A stretch of DNA of 64,000 nucleotides, from positions 576,001 through 640,000 of the forward strand of contig CAWBAT010000006.1 of the NCBI GenBank assembly GCA_963786955.1, given 5' to 3'. A model generated the notes under the pieces. It did no database searches and was not told where the DNA came from. It saw only the letters and a list, made by a program, of their open reading frames with translations. Origin of the DNA: an uncultured Acidimicrobiia bacterium. Its GTDB lineage: Bacteria > Acidobacteriota > Terriglobia > Versatilivoradales > Versatilivoraceae. This document shows positions 20,567-33,091 of the stretch, one piece after another. The position numbers were made by a program, and so were the translations under genes. Positions within the stretch are counted from its first letter, which is position 1; each line of letters begins with the position of its first letter.

Positions 20567-22358
20567 TCAAGAAGGGCTAGCGTCCTCTCGGGCCCCCACT
20601 TGAACCACTGCGCGTGAGCGGTGCCAGAACCGCGAATCTCGGTCCATACGATCGCTGACGTGCAAGACAAACTGGGCTGCGGTGCCCGCGAAACCTGGTC
20701 GATGCGGCACGGGATAGAAGGGCCGACGCAACTCCCGATGCTCGGCAACATACTCTTTGATACTCTCGATCCGCTTACCGGTGGATTGCTAGAGCCTTCT
20801 CGAATTCAGCTCTGGCTTTGGCTTTCGCTTCTCCGAGCGCCATCTGGACCCTGCTGTGAGCGTTGACCTCACCCTCACCGGAAGTCTCAATGGGCAAGAA
20901 AATCATATCTTTAAATTTGTTGATCACCGCCGACTGAACGCCGTCAGACTGGCTGGAAGGCATGCAACCAAACGGTTTCAGAGCGAGCACCATGTGCACG
21001 CGATTGTTTACAGTGTAATAGACATTTTTCCCGACCTCGAGGTGACCTTCTCCTCCCCGGGTAAACTTGTTGTAGAATGGAGCGGCCAACCTTGCCAATT
21101 CTTTCTGGGGCACCAACTCGTGGGTAAGTCCCCCCAGTTGGCGGATGATTCGATGATAGAAATGGCGCCAGAGGACTTCCCCGATGGTCATCCCCACGAA
21201 CTTTCCGGCATACTTCAGTTCGAGCTTGGCTCGATCCTTCAGATTCCACCAGGCCAAGGGACGCTGATGCTCTTCCACCGCCTTCTTGCGGGCGTGATTA
21301 TACTTGCCCTGGTACAGCAGATAGGCAACCCAGGTGGCGATCGGCTCCGGAAGGACCTGCGCACCTTCACGTTCCAGAAAAGTAAACATATTGAAATTGC
21401 CATCGCCTTCGGTCGTCTGCGCCCAAAATTCGCCTGTAATCTTGACGATAGGTTTGATCCGCGTGCGGTCCACTTCGATCGTGTCAATCAAATCCTTCAC
21501 CCGACGAAGAGCATCCACGTAAATGTCTCCGTAGAGATGCTCCCGGATCTTGCCTAGTGTATTAAAAATATTCCTCACTGTCTTCTTTCGACCGAGATAA
21601 CCCCGGCTCCACTGGGGAGCTGAGCTCATGATTTCAAACTGTGGCCGTTCACGCAGAATGGAGCACAAGATGTCCACGACTTCTCGAAAGACCCTGTTGG
21701 TCTCCCCTTTGTTCACTTCAAACGGGCGGATCTGATAATTCATGTCTTGAATCACATCGCCCAAATGCAAAGCGTTTAACATGCCTAAACCAAAGTCGAC
21801 GCTAAACTTCAGCCCCGGCTCGCCCGAAGAGGCTTTCAACCCGTCACTATCGTGAAACAAAAGGATTCGGAACCCATCGAATCCTGCGTTCTTCAACGCA
21901 TAGCGATATTCCGCCTCGTACATACCAAAGCGACACGGCCCGCAGGAGCCGGCGGTGAAGAAGACATAGTTGTCGAGGATCTCTTGCCGGGAAAGTCCTT
22001 TGGACTCCAACGATTGCAGATGCTGAACGAGGTTTCCTACGGTGAAGTATGTGGGGTTGCATTGTCCGTTGTTGCCGTATTCCTTACCAATCTGGAAGGC
22101 TGCCACATTCGGCGTGGGCACCTCTTCACAACGATAGCCACTGGCTTGGAAAACTGCCTTCATGAGACCTTCGTGCTTCCAGGTTAATCCTCCGAACAGA
22201 AGAGTTACTTTGCTCCGCTCCTCTGCGGTGAACGCCCGTTCCGCCGGCCGATGAAAGTGTTCGGAAGGGACCAGGCCGACTTCGTGTCGTAGTCTGGCCC
22301 TTTCAGCGTCGAGTCGCTGTTTCAATTCTTCCGGGGTTTGGATTGATACGAGTTGCAT
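20567..22358 (-). CDS. 2-hydroxyacyl-CoA dehydratase-like Fe-S protein, partner of the activase (C-terminal frameshift)
   Basis: GKEYGNNGQCNP, SCGPCRFGMY, KITGEFW, GGEGHLEVG, KPFGCMPS. Confidence 0.8.
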
Positions 22359-22699
22359 AGCTCCTTCAAATTTGTCATGGAAAAAGCACAGCAAGCAGAC
22401 ATTGAAGCAACTGGCGGGCGGTTTTCGTGCGGGGAAACTCTCGAAGGGTCGTCTAAGTCCTCGACTCCACTCGCCTTCCCGCGGGGTTGATACGGGTTGA
22501 ACCGGACCTTAAATTCAGGATAAATATGTCTAAGCAACCGCGGGTTCCGAAGTTCTGTAGGATGCGCTATAGCCAGATTCGATTCACAACTGAATGGCCA
22601 ACGCATATTCCGGAACCATTCTCATTCCAAGTTTAGACACTTGTTGAATTTTTTAACACGCCTTAATGGTTGGTGCAAGAAAAAAACATTCTTTTTGAG

Positions 22700-22865
22700 T
22701 AATGCGTTAGTTACGGGGGGAAATCTGTAAGGGCAAGGCCTTCGGTGACGATTTGAGATTGTCGCTTCTGTAGTGGCTGAGTGGGTAGGGACGGACCGCC
22801 GGGCCGTCCGCGGCGCGCTCGGCGAGCGCGCCCTACCAGAAATTCCCCCGATAACCAACGCATAA
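22700..22865. mobile_element. MITE-like element with about 28-bp TIRs carrying a GGTAG...CTACC REP-like double hairpin
   Basis: TAATGCGTTAGTTACGGGGGGAAATCTG versus reverse complement of right end TTATGCGTTGGTTATCGGGGGAATTTCTG. Internal ggacgg..ccgtcc and ggcgcgctc-ggc-gagcgcgcc at 22784-22837. Confidence 0.72.
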
Positions 22866-22920
22866 CCTTTTTGACGGGACAACCGGACACAGACGGTGAG
22901 CCCGCCGCAGAGTTCTTAGA

Positions 22921-25900
22921 TTAGTTTATGGCTTTCCGGGTCTGGTTATTTTCCTCATTCAATTCGTCCACCAGATTCCCCGGATCAACCCTGAAGATCA
23001 GGAGTCGGTTCCCTTTTCCTCGAACTCCGGAGAACTCCATCTGCGACCTCTTGGGCAAAAGATCTACCGGGGCATCCATCCCGGGGAAATCCTTTTTCAA
23101 GATGACAACTCGCTTTTCATTTTCGATGCCACGGTAAATGCCGGTGAATTTACCGACCCGATGTTGTGGATGGTTAAGACTCCTTTGTCTGTCACTGGAG
23201 TCATACTCTAAGTCACTGGGTCCAACGGCCAGGTCAGGGAGCGTCAAAATCGGGGCGGCTTTTTTGGTCTGTTTGAAGTCAATGACGGTTTTCTTGAGTG
23301 GACGGAGACTGAGAGGAATTTCTGAAAAACGCTTCAGAGAAAGTTGTCGGCGTGTCGTTTCCACATCAATTTGATCGTCCTGATCATCGCCGGAAACGTC
23401 CGTCCCCTCGACAACCTCATAAGTGCCATTTTCGAGCCCCCAGACTCGCATGTTGACGTCAAGCAGGCTCTTCCCCAAATTGAACGCAATCAACCGGAGA
23501 TGATCAGGCGTGGATTTCAGCACGACGGCGGAGAGATTTCCCTGGGCTCCCTCCCAGCTGATTTCATGCCCGGGGAAGGTGATGTGATTGTAAAAAGCCA
23601 CCCCCCCAAGTCGTGCCCTCTGCAAAGCACGCTGGGACAGGAGAATGCTTCCGGTTGCAGGCTCGCTTTCTGTATAGAGCACACGATTCTGGATCTGGTG
23701 TTTCAATAGTGCGGCCTGGTATTCCTCCAGGTATCGTTTCTTGCGGGTCCATTCAAATGCGACTTGCCGTGCCAGTAATCCGGTTTCGTCCTCTTGCAGA
23801 TTATGATCCCAAATGTTGGACCGTTCCACTTCCCGCAGGATCGCGTCGCCAAGGATTTCTGGATCGACAAGGTCTAGCCAACGCCCGGCGATATTTTCCG
23901 CCAAGGCTATGTCGCCCGACTGAACCAGCTTGTTCAAGAGCCAAAGGTACCTGTTGTCGCCGGTCAACCGGTGAAGCCCCCAGAAAAGATTCACGACATC
24001 CGGACCGGGTAATCCTCGACTGACCACTTCATCCGTGATGAATCGAATGCCTTGGACCATCTTTGGGTAGCGATCTCTGGGATAGGCGTCTTTTTGCCAA
24101 TGGGCATCGAGGGAATTTGCATATTCGCGAAGCCACTCCATGACCTTCGGATTGCCATTGTACCAAGCCAGGACTAAAGCCGGTTGAAGGAGGAGTGCAC
24201 TGTTCCGATCTTGTCGTCCGAAAACGCCATCCTCAACCAAATCCGTGGCACTCAAGAGATAGGAGCGAAAATGCCGGTGGACGGCCTCATTTGTGCCCGT
24301 AATCCGCTCCAATTGTCTGACTGACTCCATGAGCCGTTCCACCCAAAGCGGGTTTCCGTAGTCCAAAATGGCTGCCGCGCAGAGCAGATTTAACCCCTGC
24401 CGGTACTGTTGCACTGGGTCCGAAAGCGTTGATCCCAAACCATCCTTCAAAAAGCCCATGCGATAACAAGCGTCGGCAGTCGCAAGCAAAGCCTTTTTGG
24501 CCGACCCGGCAGAACTGTCCATCAGAGCAATTCCAGCCCAGTTGGTCAGCAAATTCGTATCCTGGGTTAGTCCATCCCCCCATTCCCCCGTCGGCAACTG
24601 TCTTTTCTTCATCCACCAGTCCAGAACGTCTTTAGAATTCTGAACCAGTACTCGCTGCTGAAGAGCCCACTGCGGAATATCGGGGGAGGGCGACACGGGT
24701 TGCTTAAAATCCAGTGGAGGAACAGAAGGATTCAGCCATGTTAGATACGCCATTGCCGTGGGTTCTTTTGGATCTACCTGCAAAACAGATTCGATCACAC
24801 GAAAGAGTTCATCGACCCCTTTTAACTGCCGCCGCAATTTGGAATAGTCAATCGCCGCCCATGAATTATAGGCACTAAAGGTCTGGAAACATTGGCGAAT
24901 CCAGGCAAACCGATCCGTCAAATATTCATTTTTGCCCCGATCCGTCAAGGTCCCCTGCTCGGATTGGCTCGTCCATACCTCCACTCGCGCTCCAGTCAAG
25001 AATCCGGATCCGAAATCTTTTGAATCGCTGGCAAAAGTGAGCCATAAGGGCGCATTGATGGGTATGATCGTATCAGGAATATCGATGACCAAGTCCGTAG
25101 GGTTAGAGTTTGACAACCTGAATTGGACGTCAGCCAGATTTCGCTCTGGATAGACAGGGTCCTTAATCTGCAAATTTACCATGGATTCCTGCTGACCGCT
25201 CTGAAGGGTCGGTGTGAACTGGAAGCGAAGAGCATCAAAGGGGGTATGACCCAAGAAAGGAGGCAAGATGACATGGAAATAGTGGAATTGCTCTGAATGA
25301 TCGACGACTGGCGGCGGACTTGTCGGAAAAATCTCGGGGGGGACGCCAACCCAAGCACTTCGATCTCCTGGGAGGTATCGTCGCATGAGTTTTGTTTTCT
25401 CACCAAACAGGTTCATCATCTGGGCGCGTGAGACACCTGTTAGCTTGCCTGCTTGCTCTGCCGGCAAGAGACGAAAAATCACTTTGCTTTCTGAAGTATT
25501 GCCCGACAGCTTTTCTTGATTCGACGGAATGGATGCCACGTTTTGCACGGAATAAAGGCCCAACTCCCGCAAGAATCCGTCTTTCCGCTGGATCAATAGT
25601 GAAGTGGGATTAATAGGCGCGTTCAGAAGTGTTTGAAAATATCTCGGTCAGAGAATCGGAAATCTTCCAGCAGCAAATGCTTTTGGCCCTGACTCGCCTG
25701 AAAAATTTGACCTCGTAAACTTCCTTGAATCTGAAGAAGATTCCATGCCTGCGAATTAGGGCCAAACTCCAACGAGCTTCCCCGCTTCAGAAGCCTCAAA
25801 CTCTTTCAAAGGCCAACCGGTTTCACTCTTCCCGTCATTGGCATTTCCCAATGAGCTTTCCCGAGTCGCGACCTTCACCCAGCAGGAGCTTTCGAATAAA

Positions 25901-26797
25901 GGTAGGGGAGGTAATGATTAGGTAGAGAATTTGGGCTCTTGCCATCCAAATCGGGACCTCCAATGCTGATTCCACAATTCAGGGTTGAGGCTGGCGATCG
26001 AGGGCATACTTCCTGCCCGACCACTCCCCAACTCGATTAGATTCTGAATTTGAGTCGCATTGAGTGCGCTCGAATAGATCCTGAACTCGTCGATCCACAC
26101 TCGGCGTTCGTTACCGATCGGTTTTTTGGGGGGACGATTGTTTGGCATGAATTCCGATCTGATCCAGTGGCGGCCTCTAGATGAAGTTCCTTTTCGGATT
26201 GTTCCGACCAAGTGACCATCGACGTAAAGTGCCAGACCGTCCAATTCATCCCAGGTAAATGCGAAATAGAAACCAGCGCCCTGCCACCAATACTGTTTTG
26301 TCTTCCGTGCTGATCTGGTAGAGGTGTCCATCCTGGTCTCTTACCTGAAATTCCAGACTCTCGCCATTCCAATAGATTTGGGCAAAAGCATAATCCCAAT
26401 TCGCCTGCTGGGCAAAACTGACTCGGACAATGGAGAATGGCGTTCTGCCCATCGGCTCATCGAGTTTCCACCAGAAACCCATTGTCCCTCTCTCCGCATA
26501 AACATTTCCGGGTGCATCATAGGAGATCAGCGCGTCGTTCTCAAGATAGGCGCCCCGATCTCTCCGCCCATCTCGGACAATTCGGCCGAGCTGAGCAATC
26601 AGCGGGGTATCATCGCCAAGACGCAAATCGGCAACAAAGTTCTTGTCAAAGGAAGTATAGAAGAGAAGAGAGGATTCTTCGTCCGCCTGTAAAAGTAGGC
26701 TGCCAGAAGCGACTTAAGGAGGAAGGAACAAGACAGCGAAAAGGGCAAGAAAGACTGTGCAGGAAACCCAACTGGGGAAGGTAAACTTAAGCCTCAT
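22921..26797 (-). CDS. Large secreted protein (about 1,290 aa): N-terminal LamG/ConA-like domain, helical core, C-terminal CARDB-like Ig domain (several frameshifts)
   Basis: Signal peptide MRLKFTFPSW; GTMGFWWK, FTWDE..LALYVDG, IDEFRIYSSALN (LamG-like); PDLAVGP...VDPGNLVDELNEENN (CARDB-like). Confidence 0.7.
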
Positions 26798-26819
26798 GAA
26801 ATTTAGAAACAGCTCTGAC

Positions 26820-29691
26820 TTATCTGATCCCGCTGAATTTTTCCTGGAGTAGGCGAATTTGCTCGTCAAACGGAAGGGTACTGACTGAAATTGGGGATTC
26901 GGCCTTCCGCGGCTGGGTTTTTTTATCGGGCTGGTGTGTTGGCTCTGTCTTCTGATGAGGCTTCGCAAACTGCTTGGCTGCCTGGAATTCGCTCGATTGC
27001 CAGGCGGAGGGGATATGCGTTTTTCCTTTTTAACAGAGGAAACGGTACCTTTGTCTTCTGGATCGCGATGTTTTTCCTGTCGCCTCGGCACTCGCTGCAG
27101 CCGCCCGGAGAGCGTGGGAGGGCTTTGCCCGATGGGTGTCTTCTCGTTCTGGATGACTTTTCTTTGGTCGCTCGGGAAAAAGAGCCTTGATCGACAATGA
27201 AATTCTTTTCATAGCCACATCCACGCCAATGACTTTGACCTTCACGATCTGCCCACATGAACCGCATCCCGGGGATCCTGGACAAAACGAGTCCGAGAGT
27301 TCCGAAACATGGACCAGACCATCCTGATGAACGCCGATATCGATAAACGCTCCGAAATTGGTCACATTAGTAACAGTGCCTTCGAGAACCATTCCTGACC
27401 CCAAATCGGCCACATCTTTGACGTCATCGCGAAATGCCGGAACAACAAACTTATCCCGCGGATCTCTGCCTGGCCTAAGCAGTTCCTGCCTGATGTCATT
27501 TAAGGTATAAAGTCCGACTTTTTCATCCACAAATGGTTGCAGGTCCAATGTCTCAACTTGATGGTTGTTCTCAATGAGATCGTTCACCGACAATTCCAAG
27601 AGCTCCGCGATCTTTTCAACCACTTCATACGATTCCGGATGCACGGCAGTCGCATCCAATGGGTTTTCGCCATCTTTAATTCGCAGGAAACCCGCTGCTT
27701 GCTCAAACGGATTTCTCCCCGAAACCCGGCACCTGCATCAGATGGGTTCGAGCGCCAAATCGTCCCTTACTGTTCCGATGATCAACGATTGCTTTAGCTG
27801 TTCGTTGATTAATCCCAGAGCAATAACGAAGCAATTCGGTCGACGCCCGATTCAAATCAACACCAACGCGATTCACGCAAGACTCGATCGCAACCTCCAA
27901 ACCATCCTTGAAGCGCTTTTGATCGACGTCGTGCTGGTACTGCCCAACCCCAATCGACTTTGGATGGATCTTGACGAGTTCGGCGAGCGGATCCTGCAAT
28001 CGACGGGCAATCGAAATGGCTCCACGCACTGTCAGATCTAATTTTGAAAATTCACGCCGCGCAGAATCGGAAACCGAATAAACGGAAGCACCCGACTCGT
28101 TCACCATGACAGAAAAAATCTCGTGCCGTTCTTCAGGGATCGTCTCGATCACAGGGGGCGTTACAGAATGGACCGGGAAACTCTTTTCCTCTAGGGCCGA
28201 TTTGTCTACTGATGCACCCACCTCAGTCTGGCTCTCAGCCGGGTCGTTTTCCGCTGCCACGAGCGCCTCGACAGTTTCGCTATCACCCAGGCCTTCCGCC
28301 ACGACATCAGGCCAACTCATGGGAAGGTGGTTGGAGGTTCCCGAGGGGACGAGTTCCGCTGCACTAGGTTCGGCAGGAGCCTCTGCTGGCGGCGTTTCAG
28401 GAGTCATCACGTCTGCTGCAGTACATTCGGAAACGTCCTCGCCCTTTATTTCCAAACCCGGAGCGACTCCCAACGCCTCTCCATTCTTATACTTTCGAAG
28501 AAATTCTTTGATAAAAGCGTCAGTTTCACGAGACCCCGTTCCATTCCCGATCGCAATGGCCTGCACCCCATGTTTCTGAACCAGTCGATAGAGAATCTTT
28601 TCAGACCCAACGAAATCGATCCTGGGCGCGGTCGGATAAATGGTGGCGTGTTCCAGGAATTTGCCGGTTGCATCGACTACCGCAACCTTGCAGCCGGTCC
28701 TAAAACCTGGGTCCACTCCCATGACGACAATCGGCCCGGCCGGCGGCGACAAGAGCAGATTGGCCAGGTTCTCTTCAAATACTTTGATGGCTTCGTGATC
28801 CGATCGTTCTTTCAGGAGTGAACGAATCTCGCCCTGGAGGTTTGGATTCAATAATCGGTCATAACTATCCTTGATCGCCGTATTCAGGAAGGGGGAAAAG
28901 ATAGAATCATCCTGTTTGAGCAAACGGGCAGATATGGTCTGAATAGCCTTCTCCCGGTCGATCTCAATGCTATGGCTCAGCACCTGCTCTTTTACGCCCC
29001 GGCGAACTGCCAGCACGCGATGAGAGGGAATCTTTGACACCGCCTCACGGAAGTCGTAATACATCTCGAATTTTGTCTTCTGTCCGATTTTGTCTTTATT
29101 GACCTTCGAGACAACCATCCCTTCTTTCAAGAACATCTCACGGAGGTTCTTCCGTACTTCCAGTTCTTCGGAAACCCATTCTGCAACAATGTGCAAAGCC
29201 CCCTCAATGGCTTCCTCCCGTGTGTTCACATTCTTCTCGGGATTAATATAGGCTTCTGCAGCTTCTTCAATGGACTGGTCGCCTGCAACTTGATCGCGAA
29301 TATAGCAAGCCAGTGGCTCCAATCCCTTGTCGATCGCTAAACTGGCCTTGGTTTTCTTTTTTGGCTTGTAGGGTAGGTATAGGTCTTCGAGAAGAGCCTT
29401 CTCAAAGCAGGCAAGGATCCCGCTCTTTAAGGCCTCGGTAAGCTTTCCCTGCGTCTCGATGGACTTGAGGATCGTCTCCCGACGATCAGACAGCGACTTG
29501 TAATATTCCCGGCGCTCGGAAATGGTGCGAATCTGGACTTCGTCCAAGTTCCCAGTGACTTCCTTCCGATAGCGTGCAATGAAAGGAATCGTGGCTTCGT
29601 TTTCCAGCAAACTGATGGTCGCCAAAACTTGCTTGGAAGAGACAGAAGCCTCATTTGAGATCCTGTCGATAATGACTTGCTCCAATCCCAT
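26820..29691 (-). CDS. tex: Tex (YhgF) RNA-binding transcription accessory protein with acidic insertion (frameshifted)
   Basis: TIPFIARYRKEVTG, LEDLYLPYKPK, GVDPGFRTGCK, NESGASVYS, RLQDPLAELVK, SIGVGQYQHD, S1 domain FGAFIDIGVHQDGLVH. Confidence 0.92.
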
Positions 29692-30043
29692 GAATCGTTA
29701 CCCCCTATGAAAACGAGCTATTATAGCAGAACGCGCCGAAATGCAAACGAGCTTATCGTGTGTGCGGGGAAAAGAATCGAAAACCCCAACTCTTTGCTGA
29801 ACGATCGAAGTGATAGATGCATTCTGGAAAACCGCGGGGGACGGGGATTAAAGATCCACTACAAATCGCCCAGACAGAACTCAGTACAAATCTAAAAGCA
29901 CTGACCACGGTTCCCCGCAAAGACCATGATGAAGTACGTCTAAACGCGCTTAATTATTGAAGTCAAGTCCTATTGGTTCAGGCAAGCTAGTTGATCGCGT
30001 TTAGGCGTGTGCCCCGAGTCGGCTTCACCGGAACCGCCAGACC

Positions 30044-31600
30044 TCACTCGAAAAGAGATCCGACTGGAACAACCTTGGATTTGCTCTTATTGATCGCGAG
30101 CGGAAGCGTTTCAATGGTTTTGTCTGCCTGCCGAATATTTTCAGACACAGGTGCTGCATACTTGATGGGTGAAGGGGCATTGGACTGCATTGCGCTCATC
30201 AGATCGTCTGCATGATCGGCAACCACAGCAATCACCAAGTTACGAGGGCTAATATATTGTTTGATCACCCGATTGACTTCGCTGACACTCGACTTATTCA
30301 GTTCCTTCTCGATGCGGTCCAGATAATATTCTGTCCCATAGAACTCGGAGTCCATCTGATAGCCGAGTCGCCGGTCTAAGGTCTGGGCCCACAGTTTTGA
30401 ATAAGAAATGAGGAACATCCGCGTTTTCTCGAATTGCTCTTGAGTAAGGCCATCTTTGACATACTTGTTCAACTCATAGAGAGCCGCTCGAATCGCAAAA
30501 TGGGCTTTTTCTGGCGGTACAGGCCGAAGCCAGATACTGAAGTACTGCTGCCTTAATGGAGTATTGAGATCAGGAAAGCGCGTGTTACTTCTTACTCCTC
30601 CGATAAATCTTTCGATATAGGAGTAATCCCCGTAGTTTAATCCTCGCTCTTCACGGAGTTGGTTCATGAGTACTCCATTCATAGAACGATGTTCTCCAAA
30701 ATAAGAGTTGGCGAGAAGCAAAGGATAAAAGTCTTTGTCTTTGGGGGTGAGGAACAGGGAGTGTCCCATGGACACAGCAGTCGCCCGAGCCGGTTTTTGA
30801 ACAAGGGTCACCTCGAAGTCGTCGATCTTTCTCGGTTGCGGCAATTTCACCACAGTCGAGTCTCCGCCTCCCCGCGCCGAAAAATCTTTCTTCATCCGAT
30901 CGATCAGAGTCTTTGGATAACCACCGGCAACACCAATCCAGAAATTGTCTGCGACATAATGGCGGTGGTAATAAGCCTTAACGTCATCCATGGTGATGGA
31001 TTTCAGCCCGCTAACGGTCGCTCCGGCGGTGCCATAAGGATGTCCGGCAAACAGGGAAAGAATCATCGTTTCCTTTCCCAAATCTTCATCGTCGCTCCCT
31101 CGGAGAGTCTTTTCCAAATAGCTGAGAGCTAAATCTCTGTTCCGGGTGAAATCATCCTGTGTCAAAACGGGGTTTAAGAATCAAACTCGAAAATAATTCA
31201 TAGAATTGGTTGAGGAAATCCCGGTGGACTTTTCCCTCAAACGTGGTGAGTTCCTTGTCAGCCTGGACACTAATGGTGGCAGCCCATGGATAGAGCTTTT
31301 CCAGCACTTGAGGGTACTTGAGTTCTTGAGTCCCGCCTTCGGCCAGCATTGAAGCTGTTAGCTCATTCAGCCCTGCTTTTCCTTTGGGGTCATTAATGGA
31401 ACCCACTCGCACGATGATCCGGAAACTGATTAACGGAGATTGCGGTGCGTCCACTTCAGTAAATTTGACCCCAGCCTGCGAAGAGTGCTGTAAGAAGAGG
31501 AGGACGATAGCGAAGACCGCAACGGACACCACGCCCACCCATATCGGTGGAAACTACTCAGCCTTCGAAGAACCTGATTCAGCCAGGATATCGATCTCAT
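30044..31600 (-). CDS. M16 peptidase, non-catalytic subunit (frameshifted)
   Basis: VGSINDPKGKAGL..LTASML (no HxxEH), GHPYG, LREERGLNYGDYS. ATGA overlap with the upstream gene. Confidence 0.82.
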
Positions 31601-32955
31601 TGGGCCGCACCATCCTTTGTTAAGATGACCACTGTCCGATTCGTGGGTTTGAAATATTTATTGGCGACTTCCTGAATTTGACTCGCCGTAATCTGATCAT
31701 AGATTGCATAGACTCGATTCACCGAATCCGGATCTCCAGTCATCGCGTAATAATTGGAAAGAACTCTGGCTACCGCATCAGGGTTATCCAGACCCATCGC
31801 AAAACTGTATTTCAGATGGGACTTTACGCCCGACGAGCCGCTCTGCACGAATCGGTTTCGATTTGAGCCTCTTCAATCGCGGCTTCAATCATCATCCGAA
31901 CTTTTGCAATATTCTTGGGATCCTTAACCCGGGCCAGAATCAGGAACATACCCGGGATCTCGAGAGTCCTGCTGCTCCACCAAAGAGGAACTCGACAAGT
32001 TGATCTTCGATGACCAGTTGGCGATACAGATCTGAGTTTTGCGAGAAGAAAAGCTGCGAAAAGAGATCCATGGCAGACATCTCATAGGATGTGTCGCTGA
32101 AAGCGGGCCCATGGTAGCCCATGGCCAGGATTGGAAGGGTCTCCGACTTCCAGGACACATTGGTCAAGTTTCTCCTTGGTTTGGGCGGCTCGGGAGGGAT
32201 CACACCTTGGTAATTGCCGCGTTTCCATCCGCCAAAATATTTCTTTGCAAGAGTCAGTACTTGCTCGTTTTTGAACATCGCCCACCACAATCAGTGCGCA
32301 ATTCTCGGGACGATACCAGCGATCGAAGAATTGCAGACTGTAATCAAACTGGTTTGGCATATCCATGATGTCATTAAGAAATCCGATTGTCGTATGTTTG
32401 TACGGATGAACAACGTAAGCGGTATCCTGCATCTTTTCGAATAGGGTCTCCATCGGGCTAGAGAAATTCTTGTTGTACTCCCCCAGAATCGCGCCAGCCT
32501 CGGTCTTGAAGTCCTCTTCTGAGTATTTCAGGTTCATAAATCGGTCGGATTCAAGTTGCATCAATGTGTCCAGGGAGCGAGAACTTGCTAGGATGTGATA
32601 AACCGTCATATCGTTGTCAGTAAATGCGTTATGATCTGCACCAATCGATTTCAAATCGTTGTTGTAAGTTTCTTTGGGATATTTCTCGGTCCCCCGAAAC
32701 ATCATGTGTTCAAAGAAATGGGCAAATCCGGAGTGGCCAGGTTCTACTTCATTTCGTGATCCCACACGAACAATCGTGTAATAGGAAACAATACCCGGAC
32801 TGTCAAAAGGGACTGTAATAACTTTCAGCCCATTTTCGAGAACTGACTGGTATGTCGGATAGTTAAAAACTTGATTGTCTTTTGCTAGTGACTGTCCCTC
32901 TGCAATGCCGAACATAAGGAGCAAATAAGAACCATCGAATGAAGAAATTGATCAT
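31597..32955 (-). CDS. M16 (pitrilysin-family) zinc peptidase, catalytic subunit (frameshifted)
   Basis: VGSRNE..G.SGFAHFFEHMMFRG inverted zinc motif, NAFT, HPY, YRPEN. Confidence 0.88.
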
Positions 32956-32994
32956 TGTTCCTCCAGAACTTAAGAGCCAATTTGCCGCGAGACC

Positions 32995-33034
32995 AAAAAA
33001 AAAGCGCGGCCAGCACAATACCAGTCCTCGCGCT
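32995..33034 (-). terminator. Possible intrinsic terminator downstream of icd
   Basis: Imperfect GC-rich stem (GCGCG...CGCGC) followed by 9 T on the minus strand. Confidence 0.45.
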
Positions 33035-33091
33035 CACGGCGTTTATTCCAACCTTATTATAGTCGATCCCATGATATATTTTGGGTCTGGA

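Noticed and set aside
22641-22690. Rex or FNR box upstream of the activase operon
   Set aside because: The TGTTGA-N5-TTAACA dyad does not fit the Rex or FNR consensus spacing; evidence is too weak.
26891-26930. Terminator-like hairpin with T run
   Set aside because: It lies antisense within the tex C-terminal coding tail, where the T run corresponds to Lys codons.
28120-28490. Intein in Tex
   Set aside because: No intein start or His-Asn end blocks; the segment is low-complexity.
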